A stretch of DNA of 63,710 nt, filler included, from Asterionella formosa (lineage: Eukaryota): the NCBI GenBank assembly GCA_002256025.1. It is 22 parts of 22 records of this genome, joined end to end, with 100 filler letters (N's around TTAATTAATTAA, not from the genome) between each part and the next. Parts side by side here need not be neighbours in the genome. Positions count along the whole stretch, not along the records: positions 30,640 to 49,661 come from NKIB01003867.1; positions 49,762 to 50,939 come from NKIB01003868.1; positions 51,040 to 52,217 come from NKIB01003869.1; positions 52,318 to 53,495 come from NKIB01003870.1; positions 53,596 to 54,773 come from NKIB01003871.1; positions 54,874 to 56,050 come from NKIB01003873.1; positions 56,151 to 57,327 come from NKIB01003874.1; positions 57,428 to 58,604 come from NKIB01003875.1; 14 more parts are not named here. One strand, given 5' to 3'. Below the pieces are notes generated by a model. The model had not been told where the DNA came from and searched no databases. It saw nothing but the letters and a program-made list of their open reading frames with translations. The stretch's first letter is position 1. Every line of letters starts with the position of its first letter. This document shows positions 47,466 through 58,704 of this stretch, one piece after another. Both the position numbers and the translations under genes were made by a program.

Positions 47466-49544
47466 TCAAAGGAAAAGCTTGGGGTGACGATCTCGGACTG
47501 GGCTCACACCAGCCAAAGCAGGAAGCCTGCTGAATGTTTGGGCGTTGTTGTCAACTGGCACCCCCATTAATGTTTTCTTAACACGTTCAATATCAGCAGC
47601 CAAATAGTTCATCTCCATATTCTTGTGTCGCACGAGGACGGCTTTACCATTTCTGCCCTTAAGAATGTTGCATTCCCTGGGCTGAGGGTCAGCCCTACAA
47701 TAGACGGTTTCCCACGCTCGTGGGGGGCGTTGATATCGTTTCATGGAAGATCCATCAAAATACTTGAGTGCCAGTGCTCCTGATTTGGTGGGAATTATTC
47801 GCTGGTGAATTTTGCGGCTAATCTCGGCCTCGTTGGCATACCACTGCCCGGAGCAAGCGATTGCCTTGCAGGCAATCATGTAACTCCATGGATGAGAAAA
47901 GTCACTGTGGGTCTCTTCGTATAGATGCAAAGTTGAAAAGCCAACCTTGACGACAGTATCAAAGAGGTCGGCTCTGTTCGAATAAACTCCGAATTGCTCG
48001 CCGAACTCTGAGTTTGTTGGCGATCCACCAAGTTGCATGACAAGGATGCCATCATCGTTCAATGCTTCCTGCAAACCGCGCCAAAAGGACTGATCTTTGT
48101 AGAGACCCTCTGCAAAATCCACCTTATCTTCTGGATCTAGAGCATCCATAATGATTAAGTCAAATCTTTCTTCGCCTTCGATAGTCTTCGATTCCCCAAA
48201 TCGGTTCATAAACCACCCAAACGCATCTTCACACAACAAGTCCGTTCGATCATCGTCGAAACAACTCTCGTGCGTGCCGAAGTCCGCACAATTGTTCAAT
48301 GCTGGCAAAAAGTCTTTCGCCGCTTGTACCATCACGGCATCAATCTCAATCATTTTACATAGGTTCACCGCTTTGTGTTTCAACACTTCGCGAAGGGTTG
48401 CTCCTTCGCCACCTCCAATAACGGCCACCCGTTTGGGATTAGGATGAGCAAACATGGCAGGGTGCACCAGAGCTTCGTGGTAGGCTTCGTCTCCTCTACT
48501 GGTTGACTGCAGAACACCGTCCAAGAACAATACACGGTTTGGCTTGTACCATTCGGCGTGGCCGTGCTCGTAAGTGCCCTCCACGAGCGACTGTTCGTAG
48601 CCAATGACATGGGAGACACGAGAGTCGACAAAGTCCCAAACATCAATTTCTTGAAAGATGGATTTTGCGTGGCCAATCGGTGTCTTGTAAAAAATGTAAT
48701 TCTTCAAATCGAGATAGAGATCGGCTATATCAGACTCGTATGTCCTCCACCGTGCGAGCCTTTCTCGCTGGCCTCGAAGGAGATGGTTCCAGCGGACCCG
48801 GGGTTTGCCAATAGCAAAATGTTTATGCATCAATGCCACCAAATCCAAGATGTGGCCATCAACGGCGGCAAAAAAATCCAAAAAGAGCATTCCTCGAGAT
48901 GGAAAGGTTCTAACGGCGAAGTGATGACCGTCTTCAAGGATTGCTGCACAATGAACATTCACATTGATTTGACAGTGCATGGATTTCATGGCTACATCAC
49001 GATCAACGGAAGCTTCCCATACAAGAGCTAACATGGCAGTTTGTATGGCATCCTTGTCCTTAAGGAATCCTTGGTCCACAAATTCCATATCCATCATGAC
49101 GGAAATAGCTGTTGGTTGTTCCGGCTCGCAGTCCTCCTTGTCGTCGTGGTCGTCGTACTGGCCAAAAGCATCTGTTTCAAATAGTACTTCTTCCATGGAA
49201 ATAGAAAAACTTTGTTCATTCTCAAAGGAGGAAACAAGGATCGTTTGACGTCGAAGCACCGTTGCTTCCTCGAGCATCTGGTTGAGCTGTTGTGGTACCG
49301 CGTGGCCGTACAAGTGCAGTTGTTGCTTACAGTGCCGTCCGGCATAGAAGGATAAGGAGACTCCACAGATCAAATAAGAGATAAACAACAATGGAGATAT
49401 TCCACTTTTCCGTAGATTCACAGCATTAGACGGATCATCAGCGACGATACTCGTTTTAAAAATCGTTTCAGGACCAACGCTTGACACCGGCGACAAATTC
49501 GGCGAAACAGAGGACAATTCTGGAACAGGACCTTCTTTGCTCAT
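47466..49544 (-). CDS. Membrane-anchored degenerate AdoMetDC + spermidine-synthase-like aminopropyltransferase fusion (candidate long-chain polyamine synthase)
   Basis: TM LLFISYLICGVSLSFYAG; SpeD-like block ~49110-48770; SpeE motifs SIFQEI, LDGVLQST, YHEALVHPAM, IGGGEGATLREV, MIEID, IIMDALDP. Confidence 0.88.
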   Translation of the reverse strand: MSKEGPVPELSSVSPNLSPVSSVGPETIFKTSIVADDPSNAVNLRKSGISPLLFISYLICGVSLSFYAGRHCKQQLHLYGHAVPQQLNQMLEEATVLRRQTILVSSFENEQSFSISMEEVLFETDAFGQYDDHDDKEDCEPEQPTAISVMMDMEFVDQGFLKDKDAIQTAMLALVWEASVDRDVAMKSMHCQINVNVHCAAILEDGHHFAVRTFPSRGMLFLDFFAAVDGHILDLVALMHKHFAIGKPRVRWNHLLRGQRERLARWRTYESDIADLYLDLKNYIFYKTPIGHAKSIFQEIDVWDFVDSRVSHVIGYEQSLVEGTYEHGHAEWYKPNRVLFLDGVLQSTSRGDEAYHEALVHPAMFAHPNPKRVAVIGGGEGATLREVLKHKAVNLCKMIEIDAVMVQAAKDFLPALNNCADFGTHESCFDDDRTDLLCEDAFGWFMNRFGESKTIEGEERFDLIIMDALDPEDKVDFAEGLYKDQSFWRGLQEALNDDGILVMQLGGSPTNSEFGEQFGVYSNRADLFDTVVKVGFSTLHLYEETHSDFSHPWSYMIACKAIACSGQWYANEAEISRKIHQRIIPTKSGALALKYFDGSSMKRYQRPPRAWETVYCRADPQPRECNILKGRNGKAVLVRHKNMEMNYLAADIERVKKTLMGVPVDNNAQTFSRLPALAGVSPVRDRHPKLFL

Positions 49545-49761
49545 TGTGATGTCGAATGGATGCTGTAGCACTACTTATGAATTGATTTTGGCATGGGTAT
49601 GAACCAACCAAATCCAGAGATGTCAACAATAGTCTTCAGGTCGTTCCCCTTTCCCTTTCTTNNNNNNNNNNNNNNNNNNNNNNNNNNNNNNNNNNNNNNN
49701 NNNNNTTAATTAATTAANNNNNNNNNNNNNNNNNNNNNNNNNNNNNNNNNNNNNNNNNNNN

Positions 49762-50456
49762 CGACGGGTGATCGGGTAGCAGAGAAAGCGAAGGTTGCAG
49801 AAGAAGTGGAGCTCTTGGCCAGAGAACGTGGCATTCCAGTCGCTATGACCGACAAGGGATCATTGAATGCTCTTGCTGGAAATCGTCCTCATCAAGGTTA
49901 CGTATTGCGCTGCGGTAAACTTGATTTTGAAAATCTTCCGCGACTTCCAATGGAGGCAGACTCTCCCAAGTTGTGGCTTGTTCTGGATGAAGTAGTAGAT
50001 CCACAAAACTTGGGTGCACTTTTGCGATCTGCATATTTCATGGGCGGAAATAGAATTGGTGTCTTGGTATGCGCAAAGAACTCGGCCCCTCCCAGCCCTG
50101 TAGTCAGTGCAGCGAGTGCGGGAGCATTGGAACTTATAAAAGTTTATTCAACGTCCAATCTCCCAAGAACTCTTAATTCTGCCAAGGAAAGTGGCTTTCG
50201 TGTTATTGGTGCGTCGTCCTCTGTCCCTAATTCTGACGCAGAAGTGTACGATTTGAACGAGTTACCATTGGATGATCGAAGGACTATTTTGGTGCTTGGA
50301 AGTGAAGGGTATGGGCTTAGAACACTAGTGGCCAAGGCATGCACTGATTTTGTTCAGATCCCTGGTATGGATAATACTGGAGTAGATTCATTGAATGTAA
50401 GTGTTACCGGAGGTATTTTGTTGTGGCACCTTATGAATAAGGCTCGCAGCACATAG
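49762..50456 (+). CDS. SpoU/TrmH-family rRNA 2'-O-methyltransferase (MRM1/RlmB-like), 5' truncated
   Basis: HQGYVL, LDEVVDPQNLGALLRSA, LVLGSEGYGL, IPG..VDSLNVSV. Confidence 0.92.
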
Positions 50457-51039
50457 AATAAAAAGCAAAAAAATAACTACCATTATAGGCATCAGTTGTA
50501 TGTACGAGATATCTGAATTAGTATGATGCTACCTCTGCTCATGTATAGTTGCACCAATTCTTTTAATCGGCCTCCTCGATCCATGTCCTCAAAAGAAGTC
50601 CTCTGTACAAGCAACATTTATTTTCTACACAAGTTCCGGTAAAATTTTGAATTTACTAATTATATAGTATCTATGGATCTCTAACTTTATGTGATTGCGC
50701 ACATTAGGGCAATTGAGGAGCCAGAGAAAATCTTAGGAATCAAAATTGCCCTGTAGAAATTTTAAGATTGACCATTTATTTTTAACCAAGGGGAGGATCA
50801 TATAATTTGACATGCTTCACATATGTTAGAATCATGCTTTTAATTATAAATAATAATCAAGATAAGGCATTGTAGCATTTGATCTTTTCATACCCACATA
50901 GGTATACATCTATTTATATGATAATAGCATCACTATTGTNNNNNNNNNNNNNNNNNNNNNNNNNNNNNNNNNNNNNNNNNNNNTTAATTAATTAANNNNN
51001 NNNNNNNNNNNNNNNNNNNNNNNNNNNNNNNNNNNNNNN

Positions 51040-52217
51040 TACAGTTGCTTCCCAATCATCTCATCATGATTGATAAGATGATACTGTGATATCATGATGT
51101 TGTTTCAACTACCGAAATCGACCGTATCGTAGGCCTTGAACCTACATCTACAACGCCGATTACTGGCACAGCCGCCACAAAAAAAACGCTAGTCAAATAT
51201 GATCACCCAAATTAATTATTTGGGTGGCCCAATATGACGAATTTAGCTACGTACATAATTTAAGGGTATGACATCACATAAAAAATATGATGCATCATAC
51301 AATATATATGAACGGAGTGAACTAAAATAGTTTCGACAACTTCCATAATTATTTTAGAAACCCACATAATTTTTGGGGCCAACTAACAATATTTTCTTGC
51401 GACACGAAGAAAAATTTGTTCAGTAATAATCTCTATAATACGGTACTTTTCTCGACAATTCGCAACATTTCCGTTCACAAATATTCTTCACTCTGACTAC
51501 CATTAATTCTGTTAGTTTGCTCCCATTTTATCTTTACTTTGATCACATTAATACCTCAAGGTTAAACAAATATATATGCTAGTCAAACAAATAATTATGT
51601 GTAACCAATTCACTTTTTCAATTTCATTCTACAATCGCAAAATCAATCAAATTAATCGCTTCGCTATATAGTTTATATTGATACCGGTACTTTCTATAGA
51701 ACGTGATTCTCAAACCAATACGACAAGCAATGGATGTTCATTCTTGCAGCTGGATGCTGTAACTTAACGCAAGATTGCTTGGCTACTCATAGTACTTGCA
51801 GGGATCCATGTTAATACTACCGGTAGATCAATTCATAGCAAATGAGCCGGCTGCTCATTCTCATTGCTCGGATTGATTGTCTTTTGTAGAAAGAGGGAAA
51901 CATTTGCAGAGTGAGTTGATGAGAAAAAAAAGTTACGAAGCCATGATTTCGTTTCTGCTGTGCTCCTTACCATGTTCCCCAATGGCCAACCCAGCCCTCA
52001 TCATATGATTGTCTGCAATCAGTGAACAACAATCGTAGAGTGAGTTCATGAACAAACAATCGTTACAAAGGCATCATTTTCGTTGTGCTTAGCTACCATG
52101 CCGCAGCCTGATTCCCAACAAATCTCTCGCTCAACAGATTGATTGTCTGTAGACAAAGAACAGCGTTTGCAGAGTAAGTTCGTGATCAACAAGCAAGTAA
52201 CAAGCACACAATCAAGC
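51040..52217 (+). repeat. Non-coding contig nearly identical to 57428-58604
   Basis: Same start and end, a handful of SNPs and a 1-bp indel. Confidence 0.95.
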
Positions 52218-52317
52218 NNNNNNNNNNNNNNNNNNNNNNNNNNNNNNNNNNNNNNNNNNNNTTAATTAATTAANNNNNNNNNNNNNNNNNNNNNNNNNNN
52301 NNNNNNNNNNNNNNNNN

Positions 52318-53495
52318 GATACTTGGCGTATTGCTATTCCTACATCATTATTGGATCCTATTATTAATTGGTATCATCAGATGTTAGCTCATGTGGGTAT
52401 GACAAGATTAAATGCTACAATTGCTACACATTTTTATCACCCTATATTAAAAACAAGAGTGGAACATATTGTAAGAGTATGTGAAGCATGTCAACGTACA
52501 AAATTACCTGGTACTGGTTTTGGTGAACTTCCACCCAGGAATGCATTATTATTACCATGGTCAGAAGTCGCAGTAGATCTAATTGGTCCATGGAAGATAA
52601 CAGTGGCTGCTCAAACGATTGAATTTCGTGCTCTAACTTGTATTGACACAGTCACCAATTTAGCAGAAATTTCGCGTATCATCAACAAAACATCAGAATA
52701 TATTGCAATGAAATTTGAAAATGATTGGTTAGCCAGATATCCCCGTCCAGAACGTTGTATACATGACAATGGAGGTGAATTTACTGGTGCTCCTTTCTTA
52801 CACATGTTAGTATTGAATGGAATCAAAGATGTGACTACCACAGTAAAGAATCCACAAGCAAATGCTATCTGTGAACGTTTCCATCAATCTATCAGCAATA
52901 GTCTACGAGTTATGTTAAAGGCTCATCCTCCAATCAATGAATTTCAAGCCCAAAATATTGTGGATACATGTTTTGCAGCTGCGTCATATGCAGCTCGAGC
53001 TACTTTTCATAGTATATTACGTATTTCACCAGGAGCATGGGTTTTTCAACGTGATATGATATTAAATATTCCTTTGATTACAGATTTACAATTAATACAT
53101 CAACGTCGACAGGTGATAATTGACGAACGTTTACGTCGTGCAAATTTCCGTCGTCGATCTTATGATTACAAAGTGGGTGACGAGATTTTAATATTATTGG
53201 ATAATCCTACTACTTTGGATGATCGTGGACGAGGTCCTTATACTATTATTCAAGTACATGCCAATGGTACAGTTACTTTTCAACGCACTATGCATATTAC
53301 CGAACGAATTAATATTCGTCGTATCAAACCTTTTCAAAGGTAAAAGGTTTTCCCTCAAGTGTGGGAGAGTGAGCAATCCTGCACATCGATACAGATATAT
53401 ATAGAGTTGGGGTTATGTCAAATATATCGGAATTCAATAATGAGAGAACTCGACTAACACCCATTCTATACTTTGATGTCAGTTCAGGAAATGAG
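52318..53495 (+). mobile_element. Ty3/Gypsy integrase, PPT and start of the 3' LTR (copy 1)
   Basis: H..H..C..C zinc motif, VAVDLIGPW, HDNGGEF, PQANAICER, GPY. Stop at 53343; GGGAGAG then TG at 53370. Confidence 0.95.
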
Positions 53496-53595
53496 NNNNN
53501 NNNNNNNNNNNNNNNNNNNNNNNNNNNNNNNNNNNNNNNTTAATTAATTAANNNNNNNNNNNNNNNNNNNNNNNNNNNNNNNNNNNNNNNNNNNN

Positions 53596-54773
53596 GATAC
53601 TTGGCGTATTGCTATTCCTACATCATTATTGGATCCTATTATTAATTGGTATCATCAGATGTTAGCTCATGTGGGTATGACAAGATTAAATGCTACAATT
53701 GCTACACATTTTTATCACCCTATATTAAAAACAAGAGTGGAACATATTGTAAGAGTATGTGAAGCATGTCAACGTACAAAATTACCTGGTACTGGTTTTG
53801 GTGAACTTCCACCCAGGAATGCATTATTATTACCATGGTCAGAAGTCGCAGTAGATCTAATTGGTCCATGGAAGATAACAGTGGCTGCTCAAACGATTGA
53901 ATTTCGTGCTCTAACTTGTATTGACACAGTCACCAATTTAGCAGAAATTTCACGTATCATCAATAAAACATCAGAATATATTGCAATGAAATTTGAAAAT
54001 GATTGGTTAGCCAGATATCCCCGTCCAGAACGTTGTATACATGACAATGGAGGTGAATTTACTGGTGCTCCTTTCTTACACATGTTAGTATTGAATGGAA
54101 TCAAAGATGTGACTACCACAGTAAAGAATCCACAAGCAAATGCTATCTGTGAACGTTTCCATCAATCTATCAGCAATAGTCTACGAGTTATGTTAAAGGC
54201 TCATCCTCCAATCAATGAATTTCAAGCCCAAAATATTGTGGATACATGTTTTGCAACTGCGTCATATGCAGCTCGAGCTACTATTCATAGTATATTACGT
54301 ATTTCACCAGGAGCATGGGTTTTCCAACGTGATATGATATTAAATATTCCTTTGATTACAGATTTACAATTAATACATCAACGTCGACAGGTGATAATTG
54401 ACGAACGTTTACGTCGTGCAAATTTCCGTCGTCGATCTTATGATTACAAAGTGGGTGACGAGATTTTAATATTATTGGATAATCCTACTACTTTGGATGA
54501 TCGTGGACGAGGTCCTTATACTATTATTCAAGTACATGCCAATGGTACAGTTACTTTTCAACGCACTATGCATATTACCGAACGAATTAATATTCGTCGT
54601 ATCAAACCTTTTCATAGGTAAAAGGTTTTCCCTCAAGTGTGGGAGAGTGAGCAATCCTGCACATCGATACAGATATATATAGAGTTGGGGTTATGTCAAA
54701 TATATCGGAATTCAATAATGAGAGAACTCGACTAACACCCATTCTATACTTTGATGTCAGTTCAGGAAATGAG
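53596..54773 (+). mobile_element. Ty3/Gypsy integrase, PPT and start of the 3' LTR (copy 2)
   Basis: Near-identical to 52318-53495 (3 amino-acid differences). Stop at 54621; LTR from 54648. Confidence 0.95.
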
Positions 54774-54896
54774 NNNNNNNNNNNNNNNNNNNNNNNNNNN
54801 NNNNNNNNNNNNNNNNNTTAATTAATTAANNNNNNNNNNNNNNNNNNNNNNNNNNNNNNNNNNNNNNNNNNNNCCACAAACTCTCCTTGTGTGTTT

Positions 54897-55964
54897 TCAT
54901 GACTGTGGATAATCCATATCAAGTCCTTCACCAATAGCCCAATCTTCTTCTGTAAGATCAAATAAAAAATCGGGAAAGTCTTCTGGAACCACATTTAGAT
55001 GATGAGATGATGGTTGTGGTAAAGGATAGGATGGAATAATTGGTAATGATTGACTAAGTTGCAATGGCATGGACAATGAAATTGGCAATGGCATGATCGG
55101 TGGCGTATTAATTGCTGTTGTTGTTGCTGCTGTTGCTGTTGTTGTTGTTGGACTACCAGTAGTACCATTTGTCATAATAGTTAGACGTGGTGGGATCATA
55201 TGTCGAACATGTCCAAGGATAGCATCAACAGTTGGTTGAGCAGCTGTTTGAGCTTCTTCTGATGTCATGACAATAGATATGCGTTCCCCACGTGATGATG
55301 ATGATGATGATGGTTCACCATAACCATTATCATCATCATCACAACTCATATCTGACATTGTACGTTTCAATGATCCACTGGAAGAATAATGATTCTGATG
55401 ATGATCGTCACGACCATCATCATTGAATTTCCCACCTCCCTCTGTAATACCCAAAGATTCAAAGGATGGCCGGCGTGCAAGACGTTTCATTTTTGATGGA
55501 ATAACAAGTATTGAAGGAGTTGGTAATGTATCAAGTACATTCTGTAACCGATGAGCAAGGATATATAAATTGGCAGCATTATGTTGAGTAGAATCAATAG
55601 GAGTATTGTCTGACATGGTTTGCTTCGGTCTTGTCCTTGCCTTTTTGGCAATCGCCTCAGCATTCTTTGCAGCCCATGTTAAAAATGCTTTCCTTTGATG
55701 TTCATTTAAAATGGCCAATGCATTGGTTTCTGTGGTTTCAATAACAACATTCATAATTTGGCAACAGTCATGTGTATTTCGTAAGAATCGACTAGTGGCA
55801 GCTGCAGCATGTCGACAATGGACCCATGATTCTGGTGTGGACAAGAGTGTTTTTTGAAACACTCGTACCTTTTCTTCTTGATCGTATGACAGTCCAACTT
55901 CATTGCAAAGTAATGGCCACATTCCATGCGAGGGTGGGACAGAGTCAGTGCCCCCAGTGAGCAT
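54897..55964 (-). CDS. Terminal exon of a larger protein, possibly a diatom bZIP-type transcription factor
   Basis: Preceded by a CTAAC branch site and a CAG acceptor. MWPLLCNEVGLSYDQEEKVR, AANLYIL, RRPSFESL and an acidic-aromatic C-terminus (FLFDLTEEDWAIGEG). No DNA-binding domain lies in the window. Confidence 0.6.
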   Translation of the reverse strand: MLTGGTDSVPPSHGMWPLLCNEVGLSYDQEEKVRVFQKTLLSTPESWVHCRHAAAATSRFLRNTHDCCQIMNVVIETTETNALAILNEHQRKAFLTWAAKNAEAIAKKARTRPKQTMSDNTPIDSTQHNAANLYILAHRLQNVLDTLPTPSILVIPSKMKRLARRPSFESLGITEGGGKFNDDGRDDHHQNHYSSSGSLKRTMSDMSCDDDDNGYGEPSSSSSSRGERISIVMTSEEAQTAAQPTVDAILGHVRHMIPPRLTIMTNGTTGSPTTTTATAATTTAINTPPIMPLPISLSMPLQLSQSLPIIPSYPLPQPSSHHLNVVPEDFPDFLFDLTEEDWAIGEGLDMDYPQS

Positions 55965-56150
55965 CTGAGTAAGTAGTTAGTAGTAACCAATGGTGAGTGC
56001 ACAAGAGAGTACGGTAGTACATTTGACAAATTGAGACAATATATGCAACGNNNNNNNNNNNNNNNNNNNNNNNNNNNNNNNNNNNNNNNNNNNNTTAATT
56101 AATTAANNNNNNNNNNNNNNNNNNNNNNNNNNNNNNNNNNNNNNNNNNNN

Positions 56151-56447
56151 ACAACTGGGTTCCAAAAAGACGACATTTTTGTTGTCATGCTTCTTCAGCC
56201 AATGCAATGTGAGATGAATCAATTGCGACGCACTTTCTTCCGTGCAAAAGTATTGGCCCCACTGAGAGGATTCTTGCGACGACGGTTCGCTTGGTGCTAA
56301 GGAGGGAGAAGGATGTTGTGCTACCTTTTGCAGTTGCAATCCGACAGTGTCGAATGGTCGGCAAAACTCGCTCCAAACCCCAGCCAATGGTTCCGCACGT
56401 GAACATGCACAAAGGAAGCGATGGATCTGCAACAGACTCTTCTTCAT
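56151..56447 (-). CDS. 5' fragment of a SAM-dependent methyltransferase (N6-adenine / KsgA-like motif order)
   Basis: MKKSLLQIHRF...WGQYFCT...VVFLEPSC, then the contig ends: motif X (GQYF) followed by the start of motif I (LEPSC). Confidence 0.55.
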
Positions 56448-56921
56448 GGAACGATGATAATTGTCAATGAATACTACCGGTAGTGATGGTGGGTCGGATG
56501 TGGACTGTCCTGGGTGTACATTATCGTGACTGGTTGGGTTCATCCATGGCGCCTTGTTCGATAACTTCTCAAGGGCTGCCTTGGGGGGTTGATGATGAAT
56601 GCATTTTGCGGCTCGAAAGAGCAGCAAAAAGTCTCGCTTCGACCGCCATTGCCGATGATGATAGCGCTAGTTGTCATTTGGAAGCTGAAGGAGCTCATAG
56701 ACGGGGAAGAGTAATGAAATCTTTTGAGCTGTGTTGATCCAGACTTGCTTGTAAAGCTGATAATCATGGTCACGAATGGGTTGAGTGATCATTGTTTAAG
56801 CTGCTGTGTAGTTCGTGTTATCGAGCGAACTAACAAATGAAATCACTTGTACACCAACACATGATTTTTTTAACAATTACCTTGTTTCTAGTATTTCACC
56901 TGACAGCTACATTCGATTTTA

Positions 56922-57327
56922 TCATTCAAATTGGTGGACTGAATGATGGATGATGTCGTTGCTCCGGATTATGCCATTATGTAATGACTCTTCCAGGTCA
57001 GACAAGCTCATTTCGTTAAAGTCATCCAATGCACGTGAGCAGCAGCAAGATCCAACAGGCGGAGATACTGGGGGGTAGTAGTCATATCCCCGAACTGTAC
57101 ATGATACATTGGACAATTGATCGGCGGGTGAGGACTGTTCTTGGTAGACCTCCATATCATTGATCTCATGTGGTGAAGTAGGAGTGAGTGGTACCAACAA
57201 AGGTTGTGATACTTGTCGTACCGACTGGTGCAATTTATAGATACTTTTGTTACGGTCGGTGCGGGCATCTCGGAAGGAATGTGCCACCTTGCATTCCGCA
57301 CCCTTGTAACCAATGTCGTACCAATGG
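56922..57327 (-). CDS. 3' part of a DUF6824-like diatom protein
   Basis: In-frame HWYDIGYKGAECKVAHSFRDAR matches the W.......A..KV...FRD end of this domain. Confidence 0.6.
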
Positions 57328-57427
57328 NNNNNNNNNNNNNNNNNNNNNNNNNNNNNNNNNNNNNNNNNNNNTTAATTAATTAANNNNNNNNNNNNNNNNN
57401 NNNNNNNNNNNNNNNNNNNNNNNNNNN

Positions 57428-58604
57428 TACAGTTGCTTCCCAATCATCTCATCATGATTGATAAGATGATACTGTGATATCATGATGTTGTTTCAACTAC
57501 CGAAATCGACCGTATCGTAGGCCTTGAACCTACATCTACAACGCCGATTACTGGTACAGCCGCCACAAAAAAAACGCTAGTCAAATATGATCACCCAAAT
57601 TAATTATTTGGGTGGCCCAATATGACGAATTTAGCTACGTACATAATTTAAGGGTATGACATCACAAAAAAATATGATGCATGATACAATATATATGGAC
57701 GGAGTGAACTAAAATAGTTTCGACAACTTCCATAATTATTTTAGAAACCCACATAATTTTTGGGGCCAACTAACAATATTTTCTTGCGACACGAAGAAAA
57801 ATTTGTTCAGTAATAATCTCTATAATACGGTACTTTTCTCGACAATTCGCAACATTTCCGTTCACAAATATTCTTCACTCTGACTACCATTAATTCTGTT
57901 AGTTTACTCCCATTTTATCTTTACTTTGATCACATTAATACCTCAAGGTTAAATAAATATATATGCTAGTCAAACAAATAATTATGTGTAACCAATTCAC
58001 TTTTTCAATTTCATTCTACAATCGCAAAATCAATCAAATTAATCGCTTCGCTATATAGTTTATATTGATACCGGTACTTTCTATAGAACGTGATTCTCAA
58101 ACCAATACGACAAGCAATGGATGTTCATTCTTGCAGCTGGATGCTGTAACTTAACGCAAGATTGCTTGGCTACTCATAGTACTTGCAGGAATCCATGTTA
58201 CTACTACCGGTAGATCAATTCATAGCAAATGAGCCGGCTGCTCATTCTCATTGCTCGGATTGATTGTCTTTTGTAGAAAGAGGGAAACATTTGCAGAGTG
58301 AGTTGATGAGAAAAAAAAGTTACGAAGCCATGATTTCGTTTCTGCTGTGCTCCTTACCATGTTCCCCAATGGCCAACCCAGCCCTGATCATATGATTGTC
58401 TGCAATCAGTGAACAACAATCGTAGAGTGAGTTCATGAACAAACAATCGTTACAAAGGCATCATTTTCGTTGTGCTTAGCTACCATGCCGCAGCCTGATT
58501 CCCAACAAATCTCTCGCTCAACAGATTGATTGTCTGTAGACAAAGAACAGCGTTTGCAGAGTAAGTTCGTGATCAACAAGCAAGTAACAAGCACACAATC
58601 AAGC
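57428..58604 (+). repeat. Duplicate of non-coding contig 51040-52217
   Basis: Near-identical along its full length. Confidence 0.95.
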
Positions 58605-58704
58605 NNNNNNNNNNNNNNNNNNNNNNNNNNNNNNNNNNNNNNNNNNNNTTAATTAATTAANNNNNNNNNNNNNNNNNNNNNNNNNNNNNNNNNNNNNNNN
58701 NNNN

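Noticed and set aside
47466..50456. Bacterial operon or contamination (speE-like next to spoU)
   Set aside because: The genes are separated by a linker, and the scaffold carries spliceosomal introns and eukaryote-specific genes.
52318..54773. Tandem duplication of integrase genes as one locus
   Set aside because: The copies are on separate contigs, adjacent only because of equal length.
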